64,000 nucleotides of DNA from the human T2T-CHM13v2.0 reference genome, Homo sapiens. Below are positions 1-15,659 of this stretch, one piece after another. The notes below the pieces were generated by a model. That model had not been told where the DNA came from. It made no database searches and saw only the letters and a program-made list of their open reading frames with translations. Every line of letters begins with the position of its first letter. Positions within the stretch are counted from its first letter, which is position 1. The translations under genes were made by a program, and so were the position numbers. The DNA lies in the NCBI RefSeq assembly GCF_009914755.1, contig NC_060936.1. One strand, written 5' to 3'.

Positions 1-154
1 TCCGGTAATCCTGCTGCGAGTGTCTCAGGACGCGGTAACAGAGCCGCAGCATGTACTTGTAGGGTGCATATCTTTGATCCCCCAGATCTTCAAGTCTCAG
101 CATCGAGCCTTCTCCTGCTTTCTCTTTAAAGGGTGCTTTAAGAATTCCAAATAC
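1..154 (-). CDS. ITPR2: ITPR2 coding exon 15 (partial, runs off left edge): [51 protein letters not shown]...
   Basis: Acceptor AG at 156-155 then GTA TTT GGA. The translation matches the IP3R2 ligand-binding core, including the QDYR(K) IP3-contact motif. Confidence 0.97.
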
Positions 155-1668
155 CTATCAGGAATAAAAACAGCCACCTATTCTGATGAATAAAATGTTT
201 TGCAACCTTTTTTTTTTAACAAATAAGAACATTGATTCAAAAAACACTTATATAAATTTGAGTATTAGAGTAAACGGGAAAAACAAAAGGATTTACGTTA
301 CAGGACCAACATATCAAGGATCAGAAAAGCACTGCCAAAAGGGTCACCTACATTGAGTGACAAAAACATTCTTTAAATAAAATGCTTAATTTTGTTTAGA
401 AATCATATTTTATAAAATAAGAAATATGAAGATGTTCAATTTCACCAAGTTACATGAACATATTCAGATGAACTAAAATGTAGCTTGATTTCTAGGGGCT
501 TTATAATAAGTTTCTTCTATTATTTTCTATAACCTTTCAAAATCAAAATAATATAAAGAAAACATTTACTTTTCTTTAAAACTGACATCAGAAAATGACT
601 TCCAAACATTGCTTCTAAACTGCTTTATAAAAGAGTTAATTTACTGTTGTTTGTATACAAAGATGTGGCCAAATCGATGAACGTATCAGCATTCAAATGT
701 GACAAATTAGGAGCCACATGGGCAGCTGGTGGCTCCCAGTAAGCCAGATTCTTGTAAGAAGGTTAGCAGTTAGGAAGCATTTAAAAAGCATTGAGGAATA
801 TAACTCTTTTCGGCAGCAAGACAGCAGGAGGGATCACCTGGAGATGAGCTGCTAGAATGAGGAAATTGTCTATGAAAGAGCGGTCAAGGGCATGAACATT
901 AATACATGAAAACAAAATAGAAAGGAATTATTCTTTGGAATTCATGAAATATGATATGAACTAAAGTTTCTTTAATAATTTTGTATTCACTAAGCCTTTA
1001 ATTTTATATTTATCAAACAAAAATAAAATATTTGACATATGTTGGTTAAAATATTATTAATTAATTATCCAAGGTCCTAAAAGTCTTTGAAATCAAATTT
1101 TTTATATAATAATTACTCGAAAAAAGTCCTATTAGATTTGCAACCTTTATTTTATTTGAGAAAAAAGTTGATTTTGTATTTTCAGACAATCAGCTACATA
1201 TAATAACTAACATTATGTCTACTATTTTCCTTTCCCAAATCAATAAGAATATGTGTATCAAGAACATGATTTTTATGTTTTAAGTATCTTCCTTGAGTCT
1301 ATACTTCATTAATGAAGGAACTCATTAATTTAAATAGCAATTAATAGAATAAAAATAATACATAAACGTAGGCATGTCCATATGTGCATATCATTAGGAA
1401 GTGAATCAATTTACTGACGTGTTATGAACAATTTCAAGAAGATGTAATACAGGAGCAGTTCTGTACTTTCAGGGAAGAAAACTAGAATATTGTACAGAGC
1501 ACTCGTGAGCTGATGAACAGACTGCCCTACTTTCCCAGGGAAGAGAAGGAAAGAAGTAGGAAGCAGATGGAGATGGCACTTTCCAAGTTCACCTGGAAAT
1601 TCTACCTAGGAATTTTTCCAACATATTTTCTGGAGATAGTCTGACTATGCAGGGTTTTTGGAGGTCCA

Positions 1669-2153
1669 TGGTAGGCTGTCTCTACAATGGTCTCTGATAT
1701 TCCTGCCTCCTGATATTCATAGCCTCATCGAATCCTCTCTCCTTAACTACGGGTTAGATTTATTAACCCATTTCTAACTAATAGAACACAGTAGAACTGA
1801 TGTTACTTCTAAGATTACGTTCTACAAAGATGGTAGCTTCTACCTGAGCGTCCTCTCTAGTTCTCTCTTGGATCCCTCAGTTCTAAGAAAGCAAGCTGCC
1901 TTGTCTTGAGGCACTCCTGAGAGATGCCTATGTGAGAGGGCTGGAAGGCAAGTCCTCTCTCAGTGGAACCTTGAGATGCCTGCAGCCCCAGCAAACACCT
2001 TGACTGCAGCCTGGTGAGAGACCCTGAGTGAGATCTGCCCATGTAAGCCACGCCTAGATCGCTACTCCACAGAAACTGTGAGACAAGAAGTATCTTGTTT
2101 TCAGCCACTAAGTTTTGGGATCATTTGCTTCATAGTAATAGATAACTAATACA
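1669..2153 (+). mobile_element. MaLR solo LTR (MLT1F-like)
   Basis: Starts tggtaggctg...aatgg; ends ...cagaaactgtgaga...agccactaagttttggg...gataactaataca, the typical MLT1 3' end. Confidence 0.8.
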
Positions 2154-2218
2154 AGGCCTTTCCTGATACTGTAATTCAGAAAATAAAATATACAAATTTA
2201 GTACATGAAAAAATTCAC

Positions 2219-2360
2219 CTGTGCCAGTATGTTTTGTTCCCTCATCAATTTTTGACGCTCTCGGTTTGGCTTAGTGATAACCACATCCAGAACTTCTTGT
2301 CCATTATTAGGCACATCAGCAACAAAGAATATGAGATCTTCCAATAATTTGGTTACAAAC
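2219..2360 (-). CDS. ITPR2: ITPR2 exon 14 (142 nt): (R)[47 protein letters not shown]
   Basis: AG acceptor 2362-2361, GTGAAT donor from 2218. Begins after a phase-2 intron. Contains the [11 protein letters not shown]3-binding motif. Confidence 0.97.
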
Positions 2361-2419
2361 CTATTACAAAATGAAAAGGAAATTTTACTTTACAGTGTGC
2401 TTAATTTTGGAAAATGTAT

Positions 2420-2444
2420 AGATAGATGATAGGTAGGTAGGTAG

Positions 2445-2484
<40 letters not shown>
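2420..2484. repeat. Compound tetranucleotide STR: (AGAT)2...(AGGT)3...(AGAT)10
   Basis: Read directly from the sequence; perfect (AGAT)10 at 2445-2484. Confidence 0.95.
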
Positions 2485-5163
2485 TTTTTTTTTACTTTTT
2501 CTTCAGGAGTGGAACTCAAATCCATGGAAATTTCTTTTTATTAAATAATAAGAACTGAAACACTTGAAAACAAGGTGTTTTATAATAAAAAAGTATTTAA
2601 TTGACAAAAGATCATCTCTAAGGCAGTTACTGTTTACCTAAACCTTTACAAAGAAAATTCCTTCTCCAGCATCTCCAATCTCTACTTGCGCCTCCAGTTC
2701 TCATCAAGCGTTTGCAGACTATTATCAAATAAAGCCATGTGAGTCGCAACTGCACACGAGTTGGTAGGATGACACCACCAGATGCCTTTCCACAACTGAC
2801 TAGCAAAGCAGCATACTTCTGCTTAAGGGAAAACAGCTATACTAAATTCCTAAATTCCAATCCTTTTTCTTTCTTTTTTTACTGTTAAACTACATTTCCT
2901 AATCCTCGCCACATTTCAACTTGCCCAATGTACAGAACAGGAAAAACTTAAATGACCTATGAATAGAGACAGAGTAAGCAATCTGACACTCAAAATACTG
3001 GAAGTATTAAATGACCTATCAAAATCGTGAAATTCTAAAACCATACACCAATGTTCACTTTTAAATCTATATTTTGGTTATTATTACAACTATTACTTGA
3101 ACTTCAGTGGCATGTAGTACAGGAAGTGTCTTGAAAGCCTTCCTCTCTTCACTTTTCTCCTCCTCCTTCCTCTGCCTGCTCTTTATCATTTTCCATTTGT
3201 GTTAGTCGATTGAGGGAGGGGGCAGGGGTTCAAGCTATTGCAAAAATGGGTAAACAGATGAGGAATCCGTATTGGAAGGGTCAAGGCATTTTTTAAATTG
3301 TATTAATGGTAAAGTACAACTTAATTACTCAATAAACACATACTTTTTTTGGTATAGACAAAAGCTGACCAATAAACAGTTAAATTAGCTTCATCCATAT
3401 AGTGTTAGCATCTTTATTCACTGTTATTAGCATGTGAATACAATGATGCTAATCATGAATACATTCATAAGAAAACTACATTTTAAGAGCTTCAACAATT
3501 CCAGGAAAGTATAGAATGTATTCAGTTGGAAAACATCTCTTTTCTTCTCTTTCAATACCTTTGGTAAGAAAACATCCTGATCCTATCTCCCGATTTATGT
3601 CTTGAAAGAGAATGCACTTCCTGCAGCCAAGTGGACACACCTAGAATCCATAATTTAGTCACCCAGAGAAATTTCAGTATACTTCCAGGGATCATAAACT
3701 CCATTCCAAAATTCCTGGGATTCTATGTTTTCTTGGTATGCCTATTTTAAATTGTAACCCAGTCTGTTTCTTTTGGAAAATTGTGTCTAACTGACAGGAT
3801 TCACTGACATAGTTACGTGTAATCTCTGAAGGCAGCCACAGAAACGTAAAACCCGTTTCATGTGCATCAAAATGTGGTGTGAACTTCTTTTGAAATTGTG
3901 ATTTAATGTCCTCCAAATCATTCTGTTGCTCTTAAAACAAAACAAAACAAATTTGGAGCGGAGGTTACTTCAGCAAAATGAAAAAAAGTTGAACTTAAGT
4001 TTCTATATGCCCAATGCAAGTCCAGTTTGAGCATAAATATTTGTATTTTATTTTTTAAATTAGTAAGATTCCTTTTCTCTTGCTGTTTCAATAACTATAA
4101 TCAAATATTTAGATATCTAAGAAAGTAAAATTTTGTGAGCAACTACAGATCGCTCTGTTTCAAAGTCATTCAAATGCCCTGAAAATTGGTGACGGTTAAT
4201 GGAATGATGACGACGAACATTAACAGTCTTGATTGCAAATCACGACATGTCAACCCTACATGTAAAGCCCACCTCTTCATGACAAGGCCATGGAAGCCAG
4301 GAAAAGCAACCTTCTCTTTTGACCTCTGAAACTGCTGAAACCTTTTTTTGACCTTGCACCTCAAGCATCCCCTTTGTGGCAAAACAAAAAAGCTGGTTTG
4401 TTTTCAGTTTAGATCAAACTCTGATTCTATACTGGGCAGTGGGTAGCTCCTACTAGCTCACGCATTTGCTTTTTAAGCTTTATGGAAAATGAACAAAATA
4501 AGAAAAACACAGTGAGGAACAGGGATGATTTCAACTCTTGCAAGGTAAGAGGGACCAAAAACACATGATAGGGAAATAAACTAAACATATAAAACAGAGA
4601 CAAACATATGGCTTCTCTAACCTCTTAAAGAAAACTTAAAGTTCAGTGGCCCTTATTTGGGCTTTGGCTGTGCAGTGGTAGCAGGAAACAACAGATACAC
4701 ATGGATAGGGCTGGACCCAGCCACCAGCAATCTCCATGATTAAAGTCTCAAATTACCAGAGAACATGGACTCTCAGCTCTCGATATCAGATCTGGCTCTG
4801 GCCTAGTTGAGGGAAGCCAGGTAGAAGCAAGCATAAAACTGATAGAGAAGACAAGTGAATGTAGAGAAAGGAAAAACAAAAATCTCCCACCTAAGAAAAT
4901 CATGCATAGTAAAAGTCCAAAGCACATAAGGAAAGCTGACATTGAGGAAGATAGCCACCATACAGTATCAGGAGGCTACTCCACCATCAACAAAATCCGA
5001 GTAACAAAACAGTTTCAAAATAAGTTTTAAATGAGTGTGTATTCAGTCTTCAAAGAGATAAACAAAGCAATATATTAAAAAGACAACGTATTTTAAAAAG
5101 GCCAATATAAATGAAAAATAGGTGGATATACCAAAAAAAAAAATCTGAGAGATAAAAATTATA

Positions 5164-5453
5164 GGCTGAGCACAGTGGCTCATGCCTGTAATCCCAGCAT
5201 TTTGGGAGGTTGAGGCAGGGGGATTGCTTGAGCCCGAGTTCAAAATCAGCCAGGGCAACATAGTGAAACCCGTTTGCACAAAACAATTAAAAAATTAGTT
5301 GGTGAGGTGGCATGCGCCTATGGTCCCAGCTACTCAGGCAGCTGAGGCAAGAGGAATTGCTCAAACCTGGGAGGTCAAGGCTGCAGTGAGCTGTGTGATT
5401 GCACCACTGCATTCCAGCTTGGGTGACAGGGCAAGATCCTGTCTCAAAAAAAA
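5164..5453 (+). mobile_element. Alu (AluJ-like)
   Basis: Dimeric Alu, gaggtcaaggctgcagtgag J-type right arm, A tail followed by (TTA)n. Confidence 0.92.
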
Positions 5454-6080
5454 AATTATTATTATTATAATTATTTAAATAAAAATTTAACTGAAGAAGG
5501 AAAATTATTCTACATACATTCTAAAAATATTATTAATCTATAAGGCAGTATCAAAAATTGATCCAGATACTAGCAAAGAGAACTATTAAAAGGCAAATAA
5601 TAAAAGGGAAGTTAAGAGAGAAAGAAGAGGAATTAAGAGGATCCAACATATATCTCATAAAAGTTCCAAAAGACAGAAAGGAGGAAAAAGACAAAGAAGC
5701 AATATTTGCAGGAAAACGGCTGAAAATTTCCAAGAATTGAAGGAAGAAATAAGTATTCAGATTAAAAGTATACCTTAAGTGTCAAATGAGAAAAAACAAA
5801 AATAAAACTCCTTTGTAAACACATCATGGTGAAACTTAAGACATCAAAAGCAAAGAAAAATAATCTATAAAATTACCAAGTCGGGGGAGGAGCCAAGATG
5901 GCCGAATAGGAACAGCTCGGGTCTACAGCTCCCAGCGTGAGTGAAGCAGAAGACCGGTGATTTCTGCATTTCCATCTGAGGTACCGGGTTCATCTCACTA
6001 GGGAGTGCCAGACAGTGGGCGCAGGTCAGTGGGTGCAGCGCACCATGCGCGAGCCGAAGCAGTGCGAGGCATTGCCTCAC

Positions 6081-6335
6081 TCAGGAAGCGCAAGGGGTCA
6101 GGGAGTTCCCTTTCCTAGTCAAAGAAAGAGGTGAAAGATAGCACCTGGAAAATCGGGTCACTCCCACCCGAGTACTGCGCTTTTCCGACGGGCTTAAAAA
6201 ACGGCGCACCAGGAGATTACATCCCACACCTGGCTGGGAGGGTCCTACGCCCATGGGGTCTCGCTGATTGCTAACGCAGCAGTCTGAGATCAAACTGCAA
6301 GGCGGCAGCGAGGCTGGGGGAGGGGTGCCCGCCAT
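6081..6335 (-). CDS. L1 ORF0 (antisense 5'UTR ORF), open, 84 aa: MAGTPPPASLPPCSLISDCC...TRFSRCYLSPLSLTRKGNSLTPCAS
   Basis: ATG at 6335-6333 is codon 41 of ORF 6081..6455. Sequence matches primate L1 ORF0 (MAGAPPPASLPPCSLISDCC...). Translation at this locus is unproven. Confidence 0.75.
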   Translation of the reverse strand: MAGTPPPASLPPCSLISDCCVSNQRDPMGVGPSQPGVGCNLLVRRFLSPSEKRSTRVGVTRFSRCYLSPLSLTRKGNSLTPCAS

Positions 6336-6917
6336 TGCCCAGGCTTGCTTAGGTAAACAAAGCAGCCTGAAGCTCGAACTGGGTGAAGCCCACCACAGCT
6401 CAAGGAGGCCTGCCTGCCTCTGTAGGCTCCACCTCTGGGGGCAGGGCACAGACAAACAAAAAGACAGCAGTAACCTCTGCAGACTTAAATGTCCCTGTCT
6501 GACAGCTTTGAAGAGAGCATTGGTTCTCCCAGCATGCAGCTGGAGATCTGAGAACGGGCAGACTGCCTCCTCAAGTGGGTCCCTGACCCCTGACCCCTGA
6601 GCAGCCTAACTGGGAGGCACCCCCCAGTAGGGGCAGACTGACACTTCACACGGCCGGGTACTCCTCTGAGACAAAACTTCCAGAGGAACGATCAGACAGC
6701 AGCACTCACGGTTCACGAAAAACTGCTGTTATACAAACACCGCTGCTGATACCCAGGCAAACAGGGTCTGGAGTGGACCTCTAGCAAACTCCAACAGACC
6801 TGCAGCTGAGGGTCCTGTCTGTTAGAAGGAAAACTAACAAACGGAAAGGACATCCACACCAAAAACCCATCTGTACATCACCATCATCAAAGACCAAAAG
6901 TAGATAAAACCACAAAG

Positions 6918-7933
6918 ATGGGGAAAAAACAGAGCAGAAAAACTGGAAACTCTAAAAAGCAGAGCACCTCTCCTCCTCCAAAGGAACGCAGTTCCTCACC
7001 AGCAATGGAACAAAGCTGGACGGAGAATGACTTTTACGAGTTGAGAGAAGAAGGCTTCAGACGATCAAACTACTCCGAGCTACAGGAGGAAATTCAAACC
7101 AAAGGCAAAGAAGTTAAAAACTTTGAAAAAAATTTAGACGAATGTATAACTAGAATAACCAATACAGAGAAGTGCTTAAAGGAGCGATGGAGCTGAAAGC
7201 CAAGGCTCGAGAACTACCTGAAGAATGCAGAAGCCTCAGGAGCCGATGCGATCAACTGGAAGAAAGGGTATCAGCAATGGAAGATGAAATGAATGAAATG
7301 AAGCGAGAAGGGAAGTTTAGAGAAAAAAGAATAAAAAGAAATGAACAAAGCCTCCAAGAAATATGGGACTATGTGAAAAGACCAAATCTACGTCTGATTG
7401 GTGTACCTGAAAGTGATGGGGAGAATGGAACCAAGTTGGAAAACACTCTGCAGGATATTATCCAGGAGAACTTCCCCAATCTAGCAAAGCAGGACAACAT
7501 TCAGATTCAGGAAATACAGAGAACGCCACAAAGATACTCCTCAAGAAGAGCAACTCCAAGACACATAATTATCAGATTCACCAAAGTTGAAATGAAGGAA
7601 AAAATGTTAAGGGCAGCCAGAGAGAAAGGTTGGGTTACCCACAAAGGGAAGCCCATCAGACTAACAGCAGATCTCTCAGCAGAAACTCTACAAGCCAGAA
7701 GACAGTGGGGGCCAATATTCAACATTCTTAAAGAAAAGAATTTTCAACCCAGAATTTCATATCCAGCCAAACTAAGCTTCATAAGTGAAGGAGAAATAAA
7801 ATACTTTACAGACAAGCAAATGCTGAGAGATTTTGTCACCACCAGGCCTGCCCTAAAAGAGGTCCTGAAGGAAGCACTAAACATGGAAAGGAACAACTGG
7901 TACCAGCCGCTGCAAAATCATGTCAAAATGTAA
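6918..7933 (+). pseudogene. L1 ORF1, frameshifted
   Basis: MGKKQSRKTG... start; 1-bp deletion near 7186 (ggagcgatgg vs ggagctgatgg) splits it into ORFs 6918..7196 and 7172..7933. Confidence 0.93.
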
Positions 7934-7996
7934 AGACCATCGAGACTAGGAAGAAACTGCATCAACTAACGAGCAAAATAACTAGCTAACATCATA

Positions 7997-11815
<3,819 letters not shown>

Positions 11816-12204
11816 AACAATAAGAACATATGTTCACAGGAAGGGGAACATCACACTCTGGGGACTGTTGTGGGGTGGGGGAAGGGGGGAGGGATAGCAT
11901 TGGGAGATATACCTAATGCTAGATGACGAGTTAGTGGGTACAGCGCACCAGCATGGCACATGTATACATATGTAACTAACCTGCACATTGTGCACATGTA
12001 CCCTAAAACTTAAAGTATAATAATAAAAAAAAAATTACCAAGTCAAGAAAAATTACCAGTGAAGAATAACAAGTCTATTGACAGCAGATTTCTTAACAGC
12101 AACAAGAGATGCTAGAAAATAATTAAATTTTAGCTTTAAAATACAGATAGAAAGTAATTATCAATCTAACATCTCTATAAAGTATCACTTAAGAGTAATG
12201 GCAA

Positions 12205-12820
<616 letters not shown>

Positions 12821-13645
12821 GAGTAAAGGCAAAATAAAGATATTTTCATATACATAAAACCTAAAAAGATTATAACCCATAGGCCTCTCCACTGAATGGA
12901 CTAAAGAATAAATTTCAGCAAGATGAAAAGAGAAAGAATAAGTGAGATACAAGTAATAAAGGCAGGAGGAAGACGTAAAGAAAGGGGCAGAAGAAGAGGT
13001 AAAATTGTTTAAAAAATATAATTAATCACTAAAAAAACTTTAGAAACTAAATTTATCTCCTCAAAAACTAGTGAAATAAGATTAAAAAGATAAAATAAAT
13101 GTTTTAAGTAAAAAAAAGATGTTTCTTTGTCTTAAAAAAAGGAACAAAATTTATCAGTAAAAACAAAAGGTGGTGCATCATGATTTATATTGACACATTT
13201 ATTCTTTTGTATTTATCAAATTAAAATTTTACAAATGAAGAGAATAAACACAGAACTAAGGTTCTAAACAACTACTACAAGAAAGAAGGGAGGGAGAATG
13301 TCAGAGCAAAACCAAAGCATGCCGCGGCACTTTTCTTTCATGGGAGGGGGAAAAAAATAGTAACTTCAAGTTTATCAGGAAGAATATATGGTCAAAATGT
13401 ACGATAAGAATTCAAGGGTAATTGCTAATGAATGAAAATATGACCTAAAGCTTCTAAATCAGTAGAGAAAACAGTAAATTGGGTGGGAGGGGAATATAAA
13501 CTTTATTAATCTAGCAGAAAGCAAGAAAGAAGTAAAAGGAAATGAAAACAAGCTACACTAAAGAAAGAAAACAAAAATAAAAATGCATTCAAATAAATTT
13601 GTCAAATACAAAGTCATTAAACTTGCAAATGAAAATAGACTATCA

Positions 13646-13941
13646 GCCAGGCACGGTGGCTCACGTCTGTAATCTCAGCACTTTGGGAGGCCAACAAAGG
13701 TAGATTGCTTAAGCTCAGGAGTTTCAGATTAGCCTGGGCAACACGGCGAAACCCTGTCTCTAGAAAAATCCAAAAAATTAGCTAGGTGTGGTGGCACGTG
13801 CCTGTGTTCCCAGCTACTCGGGAGTCTGAGGTGGGAGGATCACCTGAGCACAGGAGGTTGAAGCTGCAGTGAGCCATGATCATACCACTGCACTCCAGCC
13901 TGGGCAACAGAGCAAGACCCTCTCTCAAAAAAAAAATAAAT
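13646..13941 (+). mobile_element. Alu (AluJ-like) with TSD aaaatagactatcag
   Basis: Dimeric Alu; TSD at 13632-13646 and 13942-13956. Confidence 0.92.
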
Positions 13942-14028
13942 AAAATAGACTATCAGATTGGATTGTTACAATCAACCTTAAAAATAAATAAAATAGACTA
14001 TCAGATTAGATTGTTTCAAATCAACCTT
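13932..14028. repeat. Tandem duplication, 2 x ~48 bp (Alu tail + TSD + flank)
   Basis: aaaaataaataaaatagactatcagattggattgttacaatcaacctt followed by aaaaataaataaaatagactatcagattagattgtttcaaatcaacctt. Confidence 0.9.
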
Positions 14029-15659
14029 CTGCTGCTCATAAGAGACACAACTAAAACAAAATGACCAGGAAATCTGAATTAAAAAGATATGGAAAAAGAG
14101 ACATCAGGCATTTCAAATATTAAACAAAAGATTGCTGGTGTCAGGATAGTCATACCTGGCAAATAAAATTTAAGAGAAAATGATGTTGCTCAGAGAAGCA
14201 ACATCAGAATGACATCTGATCTGGTGATCACATGGTGGATGACCCCTATTCTAGATCCTGGGCTCCTATCATGGGGAATGAGAACCATCCCTCGAGAGGG
14301 TAAGTTTCACAGAGACATGGGATAGTCTGTGGCCTTCACCACCACATTAGCACTACATATAGCCATGCTGCATGGCCAAGTGCCTGGCACATACCAGGAG
14401 TTCAGTAATACTGAATTAATCACATCTCTGAACTCTCACTGTTTGAGAGTAACCCCAGTATTTTGTGTACCCTCAGAGGTAAACATAGTGCAGAAATGCT
14501 GGTCAGGGACTGCCTGTGTCACTTCCTCAAGTTCTGGATGGCAGTTAACACCCCTCCATCTTCCCTCCTCCATCCCTGACAATATGTTCCCAGTCCTCTC
14601 TATTTTGTGGGTGCAATTATGTAGAATAAGATTAGAAAATTCCATTGAAAAATATCTAATGTTGAGGGTCTTGAAGCATAACACAGGAACTGTACTTCCA
14701 GGGTTCATGTTCATTCCTGGGATAAGTAAAAAGGGAAGACAGAGAGAGAGAGAGAGAAAAAAAAAATTCCAACAACACAGGCTTTTTGAGACAGATAATA
14801 ATCACTTCATTTTCCATAGGGGGAAAAAAGTCAGAGTTGTCAGTTATTTTCAGAAATAATTTTATATTCAATTCCAAAACTGAGAAAATAATATAAATGC
14901 ATTCAACTCTGCCAATAAGCTCTACCTTACTGACAGGCAGCTTTGAATGAATTTTGATGGGAGGTGGCTTTTCTGAAATTACTAAATTAAGATCAATAAT
15001 TGTACCTTCATATTTCTTAGGCAAAGCCTTCTCTTTGCTATTAATACAACGTTTTTCACTCCAAAACAGCAGGGAAAGAAGCAAAGGAAATAAAAATGCA
15101 TGCTCTCTAGTCAGTCCTAGTCCACCACCTTCCTTAGAATCATCTTGAGAGGTTAAGATAATCTCCAGCTGTGACTGAAGAAGAGTGACTCGCACAGGAT
15201 TCCAGCCAGCAATGGTGGAGAGACCATAATCTGAATTTTTATCTGTCCTTTTCTTCAAGGAATATCTTAATGCTTAGCAAGGGAGACTTTTTAAGTGAAG
15301 CCAAGTAAATTGCTGTGCATATGTAAGAGTGTTAGAAACAAAGAAATAGATTCACAAAAGGAAAAGTTAGATCAATAACAGGCAAATAAAAATTCCTATC
15401 TGCACATCAGAATCCATTTCCTGCCATAATTTAGCTCTGATATTTACTTGTCTATAGCCCATAAAAGTGGGCCAGTTGTTTCTGCTTCCGGCCTTTATTC
15501 ATTTCCCCTAACAGGGTTGGAGGTGCGACTGAATATACAATAGTTGTTTTGAAATGTAAGTTTGCCAGGGAAAAAAATAGAGGTAAGAATAGAGAGGAAG
15601 CTGAGAAACAGCTATTCCATTTGTTTGCATATTTAGGATTTTTTTCTAATTGACAGGGA

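Noticed and set aside
14329-15258. Overlapping 176-aa (+) and 200-aa (-) ORFs
   Set aside because: No recognisable homology or exon structure, and ITPR2 exons 13 and 14 join in frame without them; treated as chance intronic ORFs.
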